Notes: generated by a model not told the origin, from the sequence alone. DNA of 64,000 bases from an uncultured Gemmatimonadales bacterium (GCA_963697435.1 CAVOOB010000002.1:587681-651680); one strand, 5' to 3'; positions 39,945 through 49,354 are shown, counted from the stretch's first letter. Program-made: numbers and translations.

Positions 39945-40589
39945 ATGGAACCGACCGAGCGCCGCGCCATCACCTTGCTGCTCCTCCTGGGGGTGGTGGG
40001 GCAGGGGGTCCGCTGGTGGGCCGGTCGGCCAGGGGAGCCGCCGGGGCAGGTAGCGCTGATGCCAGTGGAGCGGCGCGGATCCCCGACGGCGCACCGGGAC
40101 AGCGCCCTCGCCGCGGCACGGCCGATGGAGCCGGGTGAAACCCTCGACCCCGACCGCGCGACGGTGACAGAACTCCTCCGGCTCCCACGGGTTGGGCCGG
40201 CACTGGCCCGGGCCATCGTCGCGGACCGCCAGGCCAAGGGTCCCTTCCTGAACCCACGGGGGCTCGACCGCGTCCCAGGGATCGGCCCGAAACTCCTCGA
40301 GTCCCTTGGGCCATATCTGGCCTTCTCCGGGGACCTCGCCGCCGGTGGAGGCGGGGAGCCCACCAGGCGGCGCTGCGACCTTGCCGCGGCCGGCTGCCAG
40401 CTGGATATCAACGCCGCGACGGCGGGGGAACTCGAGGCACTCCCCGGAATCGGCCCTGCCCTGGCCGGCCGGATCGTGTCATACCGCGAATCGCACGGTG
40501 CCTTTGCGGACATCGGTGAACTTCGCGCGGTCAGCGGTATCGGATCCCGGCTTCTCGAACGGCTGGCGCCACTTCTGACATTACGTTAA
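39945..40589 (+). CDS. comEA: ComEA-family DNA-binding protein with two helix-hairpin-helix modules
   Basis: N-terminal TM; LLRLPRVGPALARAIV...RVPGIG and DINAATAGELEALPGIGPALAGRIVSYR...VSGIG. Confidence 0.85.
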   Translation: MEPTERRAITLLLLLGVVGQGVRWWAGRPGEPPGQVALMPVERRGSPTAHRDSALAAARPMEPGETLDPDRATVTELLRLPRVGPALARAIVADRQAKGPFLNPRGLDRVPGIGPKLLESLGPYLAFSGDLAAGGGGEPTRRRCDLAAAGCQLDINAATAGELEALPGIGPALAGRIVSYRESHGAFADIGELRAVSGIGSRLLERLAPLLTLR

Positions 40590-40641
40590 ACCCATATATA
40601 GCAATGGTTTGAGTTGTCAGGTGAGGCATGAATGCAATACA

Positions 40642-40657
40642 TGGCACGGGAATGGCA
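40642..40657 (+). promoter_or_regulatory. Sigma54 -24/-12 promoter of pilB
   Basis: TGGCACGGGAATGGCA (GG-N10-GC), preceded by an AT-rich IHF-like stretch TAGCAATGGTTTG. Confidence 0.62.
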
Positions 40658-40720
40658 ACTCGCCCCACCGGCTACTCCTGTCCACTTCGATGACCTCCAC
40701 CCCCGAGGGGCTGCGCGAGC

Positions 40721-42433
40721 ATGACGACTACGATGGGCGCCGCACGTGAGCCGCTCGCCGACGCACTTCTCCACGAGGGGCTGCTGACGCCTGCCAAGTA
40801 CGACCAGGCCGTCGCGGAGCAGCGCTCCAGCGGCCATCGGCTGGGCTACATCCTCGTCAAGTTGGGGTTCGTGCAGGAACTGGACATCACCAAGATCCTC
40901 GCCCGGCTGCACCGGATGCCGGCGGTGGATCTCTCGCGGTTCGAAGTGGACCCCAAGGTCCTCAAGCTGATCCCCGGCGATCTGGCCAGCAAGAACATCG
41001 TCCTGCCGCTCAAGCGCGAAGGCCGCACCCTCACGGTGGCCATGGCGGATCCGACGAACATGGGCGTGATTGATGACCTGAAGTTCATCACCCGCTACGA
41101 TGTGTTCCCGGTCCTCGCGGGGGAGCAGACCCTCCGCGGCATCATCGACCGGCACTACCAGGGCAGCGACCAGCAGCTCCAGGACATCCTGAAGGACATG
41201 GAGGGGCAGGCCGACGACGTCGAGATCGTCGAAGAGCTCGAGGACGAGGCCGCCACGCAGGCGCAGATCGACGATGCGCCGGTCGTCAAGCTGATCAACG
41301 GCCTGTTGATCGACGCGGTCCGCCGCGGCGCGAGCGACATTCATATCGAGCCGTTCGAGTTCGAGATGCGGGTGCGGTACCGGATCGACGGTGCCTTGCT
41401 CGAAGTCATGAAGCCGCCGCTCAAGATGAAGGCGGCCCTCACCTCGCGCATCAAGATTCTCTCGCAGCTCAACATCGCAGAGCGGCGCGTGCCGCAGGAC
41501 GGCCGTCTCAAGCTGAAGATGGGCAACCGGGTCATCGACTTCCGTGTCTCGGTGCTCCCGGTGCTCTTCGGCGAGAAGATCGTGCTCCGTATTCTCGACA
41601 AGGGCAACCTGACGCTGGACCTGACCAAGTTCGGGTTCGAGAAGAAGGCGGAAGCAGACCTGATGGCGGCCATCCTGAACCCCTACGGCATGGTGCTGGT
41701 GACGGGGCCGACGGGCTCGGGCAAGACGACGACGCTCTACTCGGCGCTTTCGCGCATCAACACGATCGAATCGAACATCATGACGGCCGAGGACCCGGTC
41801 GAATACAACCTGATGGGGATCAACCAGGTGCTGGTCCGGAACGAAATCGGGCTCACTTTCGCGGCGGCGCTCAAGGCGTTTCTGCGGCAGGACCCCAACA
41901 TCATCATGATCGGCGAAATTCGAGACCTGGAGACGGGCAGCATCGCCATCAAGGCGGCGCTCACCGGCCACCTGGTGCTGTCGACCTTGCACACCAACGA
42001 CGCCCCAAGCACCATCACCCGTATGATCGACATGGGCATCGAGCCCTTCAACGTGGCGAGCGCGGTCAATCTCGTGGTCGCGCAGCGGCTGGTCCGGCGG
42101 ATCTGCAAGGATTGCGCGGCCCCGGCCACCTACAAGCCGGAAGAGATCAAGAGCCTCGGGCTGACGCCCGAGGAAGGGAAGAAGATGAAGTTCATGAAGG
42201 GGAAGGGGTGCGACACCTGCTCCGGCACCGGCTACAAGGGCCGCGCCGGGTTGTACGAGGTGATGGCGCTTTCGCCGGAGCTGCGTCGGATGATCCTGCG
42301 CAGCGCGTCCATCGCGGACATCCAGTCGACGGCGGTCAAGGAAGGCATGCTCACCCTGCGGATGGACGGGCTCGTGAAGATCGAGCGCGGGGTCACCACT
42401 CTCGAGGAAGTCGTGAAGGAGACTGCAGCATGA
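40721..42433 (+). CDS. pilB: Type IV pilus assembly ATPase PilB
   Basis: MshEN-like N-terminus, ASDIHIEP, ERRVPQDGR, GPTGSGKTT, LRQDP, CxxC...GCDTC zinc motif. Confidence 0.95.
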   Translation: MTTTMGAAREPLADALLHEGLLTPAKYDQAVAEQRSSGHRLGYILVKLGFVQELDITKILARLHRMPAVDLSRFEVDPKVLKLIPGDLASKNIVLPLKREGRTLTVAMADPTNMGVIDDLKFITRYDVFPVLAGEQTLRGIIDRHYQGSDQQLQDILKDMEGQADDVEIVEELEDEAATQAQIDDAPVVKLINGLLIDAVRRGASDIHIEPFEFEMRVRYRIDGALLEVMKPPLKMKAALTSRIKILSQLNIAERRVPQDGRLKLKMGNRVIDFRVSVLPVLFGEKIVLRILDKGNLTLDLTKFGFEKKAEADLMAAILNPYGMVLVTGPTGSGKTTTLYSALSRINTIESNIMTAEDPVEYNLMGINQVLVRNEIGLTFAAALKAFLRQDPNIIMIGEIRDLETGSIAIKAALTGHLVLSTLHTNDAPSTITRMIDMGIEPFNVASAVNLVVAQRLVRRICKDCAAPATYKPEEIKSLGLTPEEGKKMKFMKGKGCDTCSGTGYKGRAGLYEVMALSPELRRMILRSASIADIQSTAVKEGMLTLRMDGLVKIERGVTTLEEVVKETAA

Positions 42434-43569
42434 GCGTGAACTTGCGGGCCCTGCTGGAGGAAGTGATTGAGCGGGAGGCTTCCGACCTGCACATCACGGC
42501 CGGCGAGTGTCCGAAGCTCCGGATCGACGGCGACATCACCAACAGCACCACGACCTACGTGATGTCGCCCAAGGACACGCTCCAGTTGGCCTATTCCGTC
42601 CTGACGGAAAACCAGAAGAAGCGGTTCGAGACGGAAGACGAGCTCGATTTTTCCTTCGGCATCCAGAACCTGGCCCGCTTCCGCGGCAACTGCTTCAAGC
42701 AGCGCGGCTGCGTCGGCATGGTCATCCGGATGATCCCGTTCAGCCTGAAGACGTTCAGCGACCTCGGTCTGCCGCCGATCCTGGCCAAGCTCGCCGAGAA
42801 GCCCCGCGGCCTGGTGCTGGTGACGGGGCCGACCGGCTCGGGCAAGAGCACCACGCTTGCCGCGATGATCGACAAGATTAACAAGGAGCGGAAGGGTCAC
42901 ATCATCACGGTGGAAGACCCGATCGAGTTCATCCATCGCCACCAGTCGTGCATTGTCAATCAGCGCGAGGTCGGCACCGACACGAAATCGTTCTCCACGG
43001 CGCTGAAGTATGCGCTCCGGGAAGACCCCGACGTCATCCTCGTCGGCGAAATGCGGGACCTCGACACCATTTCCGCGGCGCTCACGATCGCGGAAACGGG
43101 TCACCTGGCCCTGGCCACCCTGCACACCAACTCGGCAGCGGAGTCGATCAACCGGATCATCGACGTTTTTCCGTCGAACCAGCAACAGCAGGTGCGGGCC
43201 CAGCTCGCCTTCGTCCTGGAGGGCGTCGTCACCCAGGTGCTCCTGCCCAAGGCCAAGGGCCGGGGCCGGGCGATGGCGTGCGAAATCATGGTGGCCACGC
43301 CGGCCATCCGCGCCCTGATCCGCGACGACAAGGTGCACCAGATCCAGAGTGCCCTGCAGTCGGGCAAGAAGCACGGCATGCAGACCATGAACGACGCGCT
43401 GTACCAGCTGTACATATCGCGCGAAGTGGTGCGCGACGAGTGCCTGCGCGTGTCGGGCGATCCAAATGAGTTCCTCCGGATGATCGGCGAACGGCCGCTG
43501 GAGGAGCAGGAGATGGCGATGATGGATTCGAAGGACTCGAAGGGCGGCAAGTCCGCGCTGCGCCGCTAA
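42430..43569 (+). CDS. pilT: Type IV pilus retraction ATPase PilT
   Basis: ASDLHIT, GPTGSGKSTT, ALREDPD, AETGHL, AIRALIRD, GMQTM. Confidence 0.95.
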   Translation: MSVNLRALLEEVIEREASDLHITAGECPKLRIDGDITNSTTTYVMSPKDTLQLAYSVLTENQKKRFETEDELDFSFGIQNLARFRGNCFKQRGCVGMVIRMIPFSLKTFSDLGLPPILAKLAEKPRGLVLVTGPTGSGKSTTLAAMIDKINKERKGHIITVEDPIEFIHRHQSCIVNQREVGTDTKSFSTALKYALREDPDVILVGEMRDLDTISAALTIAETGHLALATLHTNSAAESINRIIDVFPSNQQQQVRAQLAFVLEGVVTQVLLPKAKGRGRAMACEIMVATPAIRALIRDDKVHQIQSALQSGKKHGMQTMNDALYQLYISREVVRDECLRVSGDPNEFLRMIGERPLEEQEMAMMDSKDSKGGKSALRR

Positions 43570-43590
43570 CACACAGGGGAGATCGATACT

Positions 43591-44796
43591 ATGCCGCTCT
43601 TCGAATATACAGCCAAGAACGCCTCCAGCGGTCAGATCATGAAGGGCCAGATGCAGGCCCAGAACCGCGACGAGGTGGTGGGCCACATCCGGAAGAATCG
43701 CCTGATCCTGGTGAACATCCGGGAGGCGCCGAAGCAGATGAGCTTCAGCTTCGGCAAGGCGCCCATCAAGACCCGGGATATCGTCATCTTCACCCGGCAG
43801 TTTGCCACGATGATCAACTCGGGCCTGCCGCTGGTGCAGTCGCTGTCGATCCTGGCGGCCCAGACCGAGAACAAGTCGCTGAAAGACGTCACCAAGCAGG
43901 TGGTCTTCGACGTGGAGGCCGGTAACACGCTGGCCGACGCGTTCAGCCGGCATCCCAAGGCGTTTACGGGCCTGTTCGTGAACATGGTGGCCGCGGGCGA
44001 GGCCGGCGGTATTCTCGACACCATTCTGCTCCGGCTCGCCACCTTCCTCGAAAAGAACGACGCGCTGATCCGCAAGGTGAAGAGCGCCATGGTCTACCCC
44101 GCCGTCATCATGAGCGTGGCCGCCATCGCCATCACCGTGCTCCTGATCTTCGTCATCCCGGTGTTCCAGAGCATGTTCGCGTCGGTCAACATGGAACTGC
44201 CGCTGCCGACCCGCGTCGTCATCGGCATGTCGGAATTCCTCATTGGCTACTGGTGGGCCATTCTCGGTACCATCGGCGCCGTGGTCTTCCTGGTCCGGCA
44301 GTACTACAAGACCCCGGACGGGCACAAGAACATCGACAAGCTGATGATCAATTCGCCCGTCCTGGGCGATGTCATCCGGAAGTCGGCTGTCTCGCGGTTC
44401 ACCCGGACTCTCGGCACCCTGATCAGCTCCGGCGTGTCGATTCTCGACGGCCTCGAGATCACCGCCAAGACGTCGGGCAACCGCGTCATCCACGACGCGG
44501 TGATGGAGTCCAGGGCCTCGATCGCCGGCGGTGAGACCATCGCCGCCCCGCTCGAGCGCTCCAAGGTGTTCCCGCCGATGGTCATCTCGATGATCGCGGT
44601 CGGCGAACAGACCGGCGGTCTCGACGAGATGCTCTCGAAGATTGCCGACTTCTACGACGAAGAAGTCGACGTCGCGGTCGGTACCCTCCTGAGCCTCATG
44701 GAGCCGGTGATGATCGTCGTCCTCGGTGTCGTGGTCGGTGGCATGGTCGTCGCCATGTACCTGCCGATCTTCGACATGATGAACGCGATTCAGTAG
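43591..44796 (+). CDS. pilC: Type IV pilus platform protein PilC
   Basis: FTRQFATMINSGLPL, AGEAGGILD, SAMVYP, GEQTGGLDEML, AMYLPIF. Confidence 0.95.
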   Translation: MPLFEYTAKNASSGQIMKGQMQAQNRDEVVGHIRKNRLILVNIREAPKQMSFSFGKAPIKTRDIVIFTRQFATMINSGLPLVQSLSILAAQTENKSLKDVTKQVVFDVEAGNTLADAFSRHPKAFTGLFVNMVAAGEAGGILDTILLRLATFLEKNDALIRKVKSAMVYPAVIMSVAAIAITVLLIFVIPVFQSMFASVNMELPLPTRVVIGMSEFLIGYWWAILGTIGAVVFLVRQYYKTPDGHKNIDKLMINSPVLGDVIRKSAVSRFTRTLGTLISSGVSILDGLEITAKTSGNRVIHDAVMESRASIAGGETIAAPLERSKVFPPMVISMIAVGEQTGGLDEMLSKIADFYDEEVDVAVGTLLSLMEPVMIVVLGVVVGGMVVAMYLPIFDMMNAIQ

Positions 44797-44837
44797 GCTG
44801 GGCAGGGGGGCAGGGGGGCAGCGGGGCTGCGGGGCAG
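44797..44837 (+). repeat. GGGGCAG-type G-rich low-complexity tract
   Basis: gggcaggggggcaggggggcagcggggctgcggggcag directly after the pilC stop; related tracts at 833-864, 46050-46080, 56880-56923 (reverse) and 62551-62572 (reverse). Confidence 0.65.
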
Positions 44838-44845
44838 TCCCGCCC

Positions 44846-44873
44846 CGTCACCCCGGCGAACGCCGGGGTCCAG
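44846..44873 (+). repeat. REP-like palindrome
   Basis: CGTCACCCCGGCGAACGCCGGGGTCCAG, nearly identical to the copy at 56800-56827. Confidence 0.72.
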
Positions 44874-44983
44874 TCTTGCGGCGGGCGGTCCTTCGGGGCC
44901 GCCCGCGTCGCGTTCAGGGCTTCCGAATCCTCGATCGCAGGGACATCGTAGGGTCTGGACTCCCCAACCAGTCGGAGCCCTGC

Positions 44984-45505
44984 ATGTCACGAGCGTTGCG
45001 CCTTTCCCTGCTGCTGCTGCTCCCCGCTGCCGTCGGGGCCCAGGAATCCAGCCCCGCTGCCCCCCCGCCTCCCCCGGCCCAGCCGTCCTATGCGAGCGAT
45101 TCCGCCGCCATCCACCAGATGGTGACGGCCCTGTTCGACGGCATGCGGACCCGCGACACGGCCGCGATGCGTGCCCTCTTCCATGAGCCGATGGCCATGC
45201 GGAGCGCGTACGTTCGCCAGGGTGTGAATACCATCAGTACCGATGGCCTTGAGGGGTGGTTCAAGGGTGTCGCCGGCGCGCCTGACACGCTCCTCCTCGA
45301 CGAGCGACTCGGCCCGCCCGACATCCGGGTGGACGGCAACCTGGCCTCGATGTGGGTCTACTACGAGTTCTACACCAGCGACAACTTCTCCCACTGCGGC
45401 GTGGACAGCATCCAGTTCGGCCGGACCGACGACGGCTGGAAGATCATCCTGCTGTCGGACAGCAAGCGCCGGGCGGACTGCGCCAAGTCGCTCCCCAAGT
45501 CGTAA
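44984..45505 (+). CDS. Exported NTF2/SnoaL-like protein
   Basis: Signal peptide VGA/Q; LFDGMRTRDTAAMRALF, IRVDGNLASMWVYYEF, HCGVDSIQF, GWKI. Confidence 0.82.
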   Translation: MSRALRLSLLLLLPAAVGAQESSPAAPPPPPAQPSYASDSAAIHQMVTALFDGMRTRDTAAMRALFHEPMAMRSAYVRQGVNTISTDGLEGWFKGVAGAPDTLLLDERLGPPDIRVDGNLASMWVYYEFYTSDNFSHCGVDSIQFGRTDDGWKIILLSDSKRRADCAKSLPKS

Positions 45506-45670
45506 CCTGCGGGGTCGGGGGCAGGGAGGCGGCAATGGAATACGAGGGAAACCCGGAAAGCAGCCGGAAGCGCGGGAAACTGCTCGATGGGGGTGTCCAC
45601 ACTCCCGAAAGCAGTTCTTCCGCGCTTCCCTCGTCTGCTGTGTATGCAAAGGTGACTCGTGGCGAGGGTC

Positions 45671-45698
45671 TTGACATATCAACGATTCTTGATATGTT
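45671..45698 (+). promoter_or_regulatory. ars promoter with ArsR operator
   Basis: TTGACA -35; TATGTT -10 (45693-45698); perfect inverted repeat ACATATCAA-cgattc-TTGATATGT (45674-45697). Confidence 0.85.
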
Positions 45699-45704
45699 GA
45701 GTCC

Positions 45705-46049
45705 ATGCCAGCGCCCGTGAAACTTCAGCCCGCCTCTGCCGCCGCCACCCGAACCCGGGTTGCGCGCCTCTTCCAGGCGCTCTCCGACCCCACTCGGCTC
45801 CATCTCGTCGAGCTCCTTGCCGACGGGGAGCACTGCGTTTGCGACCTGATGGCCGCCGTCGACGCCGCGCAGAGCCGCCTCTCCTTTCATCTGAAGACGC
45901 TCAAGGATGCCGGTCTCGTGACGGACCGGAAGGAAGGGCGTTGGGTGCACTACCGCCTGCGGCCGGAGGCGCTCGAGGAGATGGCCGACGCACTGCACCT
46001 GGTGCGCGAGGCCCGTCCCGGCGCCTGGCGGAGCATTACCTGCTGTTAG
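45705..46049 (+). CDS. arsR: ArsR/SmtB arsenic-responsive repressor
   Basis: FQALSDPTRL, EHCVCDL, QSRLSFHLKTLKDAGLV, C-terminal CC. Confidence 0.93.
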   Translation: MPAPVKLQPASAAATRTRVARLFQALSDPTRLHLVELLADGEHCVCDLMAAVDAAQSRLSFHLKTLKDAGLVTDRKEGRWVHYRLRPEALEEMADALHLVREARPGAWRSITCC

Positions 46050-46105
46050 AGGCGGGGCAGCGGGGCAGCAAGGCAGGCGGACACTCAATCGAAGGGGAAG
46101 CAAAC

Positions 46106-46981
46106 ATGTCGGACAGCATCAAGCAGATCGTGAGAGAGAAGTACGGTGCCGCGGCGCTGCGCGCCGCCACGGGGCAGGGCAGCTCCTGTTGCGGAGGCAG
46201 CGAAGGCTGCGGCACCGCCGACCCGATCACCAGCGACCTCTATGAGGCGGCGCAGGTCGCCGGCATTCCCGCCGGGGCGGTGCTGGCCTCCCTCGGCTGC
46301 GGCAACCCGACCGCCCTCGCGGAGCTGAAGGAAGGCCAGGTCGTGCTTGACCTCGGCTCCGGCGGCGGGATCGACGTGTTGCTCTCCGCGCAGCGTGTGG
46401 GCGCCACCGGCAAGGCGTACGGGCTGGACATGACCGACGAGATGCTCGCCCTCGCGCGCCGCAACCAGCAGGCCGCCGGCGTCACCAACGTGGAGTTCCT
46501 CAAGGGGGACATTGAGCATATTCCGCTGCCGGACGCATCGGTGGACGTGATCATCTCGAATTGCGTCATCAACCTTGCCGCCGACAAGCGGAAGGTCTTC
46601 GCCGAGGCGTTCCGGGTCCTGAAGCCGGGTGGCAGGTTCGCCGTGTCCGACGTGGTGGTGCGTGGCGAGGTGCCGCCGGAAGTCCGGCGGAGCATGGAAC
46701 TCTGGGTCGGCTGTGTCGCCGGCGCGCTCGAGGAGCAGGAGTTCGAGGCGTGGCTCCGCGAGGCGGGCTTCGAGGCGCCGACGCTGGAGCCGACGCGCGT
46801 CTACAAGGTGGAAGACGCCAGGCAGTTCCTCTCGGAGGCGGGGCTGGACCCCGACACCGTCGCCGCGGAGATCGACGGGAAGTTCATGGCGGCGTTCGTG
46901 CGGGCCACCAAGCCGATGGCCTCGCCGGTGGGCGCCACGGACGATGCAAGCCCCTGTTGCGCCCCGGGCTGCTGCGCATGA
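46106..46981 (+). CDS. arsM: Arsenite S-adenosylmethionine methyltransferase
   Basis: SLGCGNP, VLDLGSGGGID, ISNCVINL, WVGCVAGA; Cys-rich termini. Confidence 0.94.
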   Translation: MSDSIKQIVREKYGAAALRAATGQGSSCCGGSEGCGTADPITSDLYEAAQVAGIPAGAVLASLGCGNPTALAELKEGQVVLDLGSGGGIDVLLSAQRVGATGKAYGLDMTDEMLALARRNQQAAGVTNVEFLKGDIEHIPLPDASVDVIISNCVINLAADKRKVFAEAFRVLKPGGRFAVSDVVVRGEVPPEVRRSMELWVGCVAGALEEQEFEAWLREAGFEAPTLEPTRVYKVEDARQFLSEAGLDPDTVAAEIDGKFMAAFVRATKPMASPVGATDDASPCCAPGCCA

Positions 46982-48114
46982 CCGAAGGAGTGACCGACGG
47001 GGGCGTCGCGCACGGTGGTGCTCCCGTCCTGAAGCGCCTTTCGACGCTGGACCGCTTCCTCCCGCTCTGGATCTTCGCGGCCATGGGGCTGGGCCTGCTC
47101 CTTGGACGGCGCTTCCCCGACCTGGGAGCCCTCCTCGATCGGGTACAGGTGGCCGGGGTGTCCGTGCCGATCGGGCTCGGGCTTCTCTGGATGATGTACC
47201 CCGTGCTCGCCAAGGTTCGCTACGAGGCCATCGGGTCGCACGTGGCGGACCGGCGGCTGATCGGGACGTCGCTGGTGCTCAACTGGGTCATCGGCCCTGT
47301 GGTGATGTTCGCGCTCGCCTGGTGGCTGCTGCCCGACCTCCCGGCCTATCGCAACGGACTGGTGATCGTCGGGCTGGCCAGGTGCATCGCCATGGTGCTC
47401 ATCTGGAATACCCTCGCGGGCGGATCGGGTGAATTGGCCGCGGTACTCGTGGCGTTGAACTCCATCTTCCAGGTGCTCACCTACTCGTTGCTCGGCTACC
47501 TCTTCCTGACGGTCGTACCCGGCTGGCTGGGAGGGAGCACGGCGTCGCTCGACGTCTCGATGCTCGACATCGCCCGCTCGGTGCTGATCTTCCTCGGGAT
47601 TCCCCTGTTGGCCGGGTACTGCACGCGTCGCACCCTCGTGCGGCGGCGCGGCGTCGCGTGGTACGAGGAATCATTCCTTCCCCGGATAGGCCCGACGGCC
47701 CTGCTCGGCTTGCTGTACACGATCGTCCTGATGTTTGCCATGCAGGGCGACCGGATTCTCGAGCGTCCCTGGGATGTGTTCCGGATCGCGCTGCCGCTCC
47801 TGCTCTACTTCCTCGTCATGTTCGGCACGTCGCTGCTGCTCACGTGGCGCCTGCGGTTCCGGTATGAAGAGGCCGCCGCCGTGTCCTTCACCGCCGCCGG
47901 CAACAATTTCGAGCTCGCCATCGCCGTGGCCATCGGCACCTTCGGCATCGCCTCGGGTGAGGCGCTGGCCGCGGTCGTCGGGCCGCTGATCGAGGTGCCG
48001 GCGCTGATTGCCCTGGTGTACGTGGCGCTCTGGGCGCGGCGGTTCTTTCCTTCCACTTCGGGTCCCACGCCGGAGGCTGCCTCGTCGGCGCCGCTGGGGG
48101 CCTCCCCGCAATGA
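46978..48114 (+). CDS. acr3: ACR3-family arsenite efflux transporter
   Basis: LSTLDRFLPLWIF, MMYPVLAKV, ARCIAMVLIWN, GNNFELAIAV, GPLIEVP. Confidence 0.95.
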   Translation: MTEGVTDGGVAHGGAPVLKRLSTLDRFLPLWIFAAMGLGLLLGRRFPDLGALLDRVQVAGVSVPIGLGLLWMMYPVLAKVRYEAIGSHVADRRLIGTSLVLNWVIGPVVMFALAWWLLPDLPAYRNGLVIVGLARCIAMVLIWNTLAGGSGELAAVLVALNSIFQVLTYSLLGYLFLTVVPGWLGGSTASLDVSMLDIARSVLIFLGIPLLAGYCTRRTLVRRRGVAWYEESFLPRIGPTALLGLLYTIVLMFAMQGDRILERPWDVFRIALPLLLYFLVMFGTSLLLTWRLRFRYEEAAAVSFTAAGNNFELAIAVAIGTFGIASGEALAAVVGPLIEVPALIALVYVALWARRFFPSTSGPTPEAASSAPLGASPQ

Positions 48115-48596
48115 CAGGAAGCGGCGCGATGCGCATTCTCGTCCTGTGTACCGGCAACTCCGCGCGAAGCCAGATGGCCGAGGCGCTGTTCGCCACGAAG
48201 GGCAGGGGGCGGGTCGAGGCGGCCAGCGCCGGGTCCCGACCCGCCGAACGCGTCAACCCACTTGCCGTGGACGTCCTGGCCGAGGCCGGCATCGATTGGC
48301 AGGGCAAGGTGCCGCGTGGCATGGACGGGTTGGAGCGGGAGCACTGGGATTTCGTGATCACCGTCTGCGACCGTGCCAAGGAGAGTTGTCCCTACTTCCC
48401 CGGGCAGCCGATGCTCGCGCACTGGGGCATGCCCGACCCGGCCGACGTGGAGGGGAGCGACGAGGCCAAGCGGGCTGCCTTCCGCGACACCTTCGTCACA
48501 CTCGGGCGTCGGATCGATCTCTTCCTCGCGCTGCCGATCGAGAAGCTGGAACGGCTGGCACTCGAACGCCGTGTCCAGGAGATCGGCGCGCAGTGA
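48111..48596 (+). CDS. arsC: Thioredoxin-coupled arsenate reductase (LMWP fold)
   Basis: LCTGNSARSQMAE P-loop, ITVCD...SCPYFPG, HWGMPDP. Confidence 0.93.
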   Translation: MTGSGAMRILVLCTGNSARSQMAEALFATKGRGRVEAASAGSRPAERVNPLAVDVLAEAGIDWQGKVPRGMDGLEREHWDFVITVCDRAKESCPYFPGQPMLAHWGMPDPADVEGSDEAKRAAFRDTFVTLGRRIDLFLALPIEKLERLALERRVQEIGAQ

Positions 48597-49216
48597 GCGA
48601 CGGCGCCCCGCGCGAACACCGGATTACCGTAACACGCTCCGCACGCGCCTACGCCCGGGGTGGGGAGGCAGCCTCGGAGGCGTGGGTGCTGCTGCACGGC
48701 TATGGCCAACTCGCCTCGCGATTCCTCCGCGGGTTCGAGTCGCTCGCGCAGCCCTCCCGGCTGCTCGTGGCACCCGAGGGGCTGTCCCGGTTCTACCTCG
48801 AGGCGGGGACGGGAAGAGTCGGGGCGTCCTGGATGACGAAGGAGGATCGGGCGCATGAGATCGACGACTACCTGGCCTTCCTGGATCAGGTGCGCGCCGA
48901 ACTCGTGAAGCCGGTGCCCCTCACCGTGCTCGGGTTTTCGCAGGGGGTGGCAACGGCCGCGCGATGGGCGGTCGCCACGCGGCCCGCCGCGGCGAGACTG
49001 ATTTGCTGGGGAGGGTTGGTGCCTGAGGAGATCGACGCGGCACAACTGGGAGGCATGCGCCTGACCTTCGTGGTTGGAGAGCAAGAGGAGTGGGCCCCTC
49101 CGCCAGCGGTGGAGGCACAGGCGGCCACCTTCCGGGCCGCCGGAGTCCCGGTCGACATGATCCGGTTCGAGGGTGGTCATGAGATCCGGCCCGAAGTGGT
49201 CACGCTGCTCGCATAG
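48593..49216 (+). CDS. Alpha/beta hydrolase (phospholipase/carboxylesterase-like)
   Basis: LLHGYGQ, PEGLSRFY, GFSQG nucleophile elbow, FEGGH; GTGA overlap with arsC. Confidence 0.85.
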   Translation: MSDGAPREHRITVTRSARAYARGGEAASEAWVLLHGYGQLASRFLRGFESLAQPSRLLVAPEGLSRFYLEAGTGRVGASWMTKEDRAHEIDDYLAFLDQVRAELVKPVPLTVLGFSQGVATAARWAVATRPAAARLICWGGLVPEEIDAAQLGGMRLTFVVGEQEEWAPPPAVEAQAATFRAAGVPVDMIRFEGGHEIRPEVVTLLA

Positions 49217-49324
49217 ACGGGCCGGCCTGAGACGAAGGGCACGAATGCCATGCCATACATCATGCATAAAACGTTACCTAACAAAGATTTACGCGTTTCC
49301 GTCCCGCATGGGAATTTCCTCTGC

Positions 49325-49354
49325 TTGACTTGTGCTAACTAAACAGTTAATTAG
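49325..49354 (+). promoter_or_regulatory. Putative promoter/operator of the TetR-efflux operon
   Basis: TTGACT followed by the imperfect AT-rich palindrome CTAACTAAACAGTTAATTAG abutting the start codon. Confidence 0.55.

Noticed and set aside
45550-45566. SRP (4.5S) RNA suggested by CCGGAAAGCAGCC
   Set aside because: Lacks the CAGG...GGAAGGAAGCAG helix-8 arrangement.
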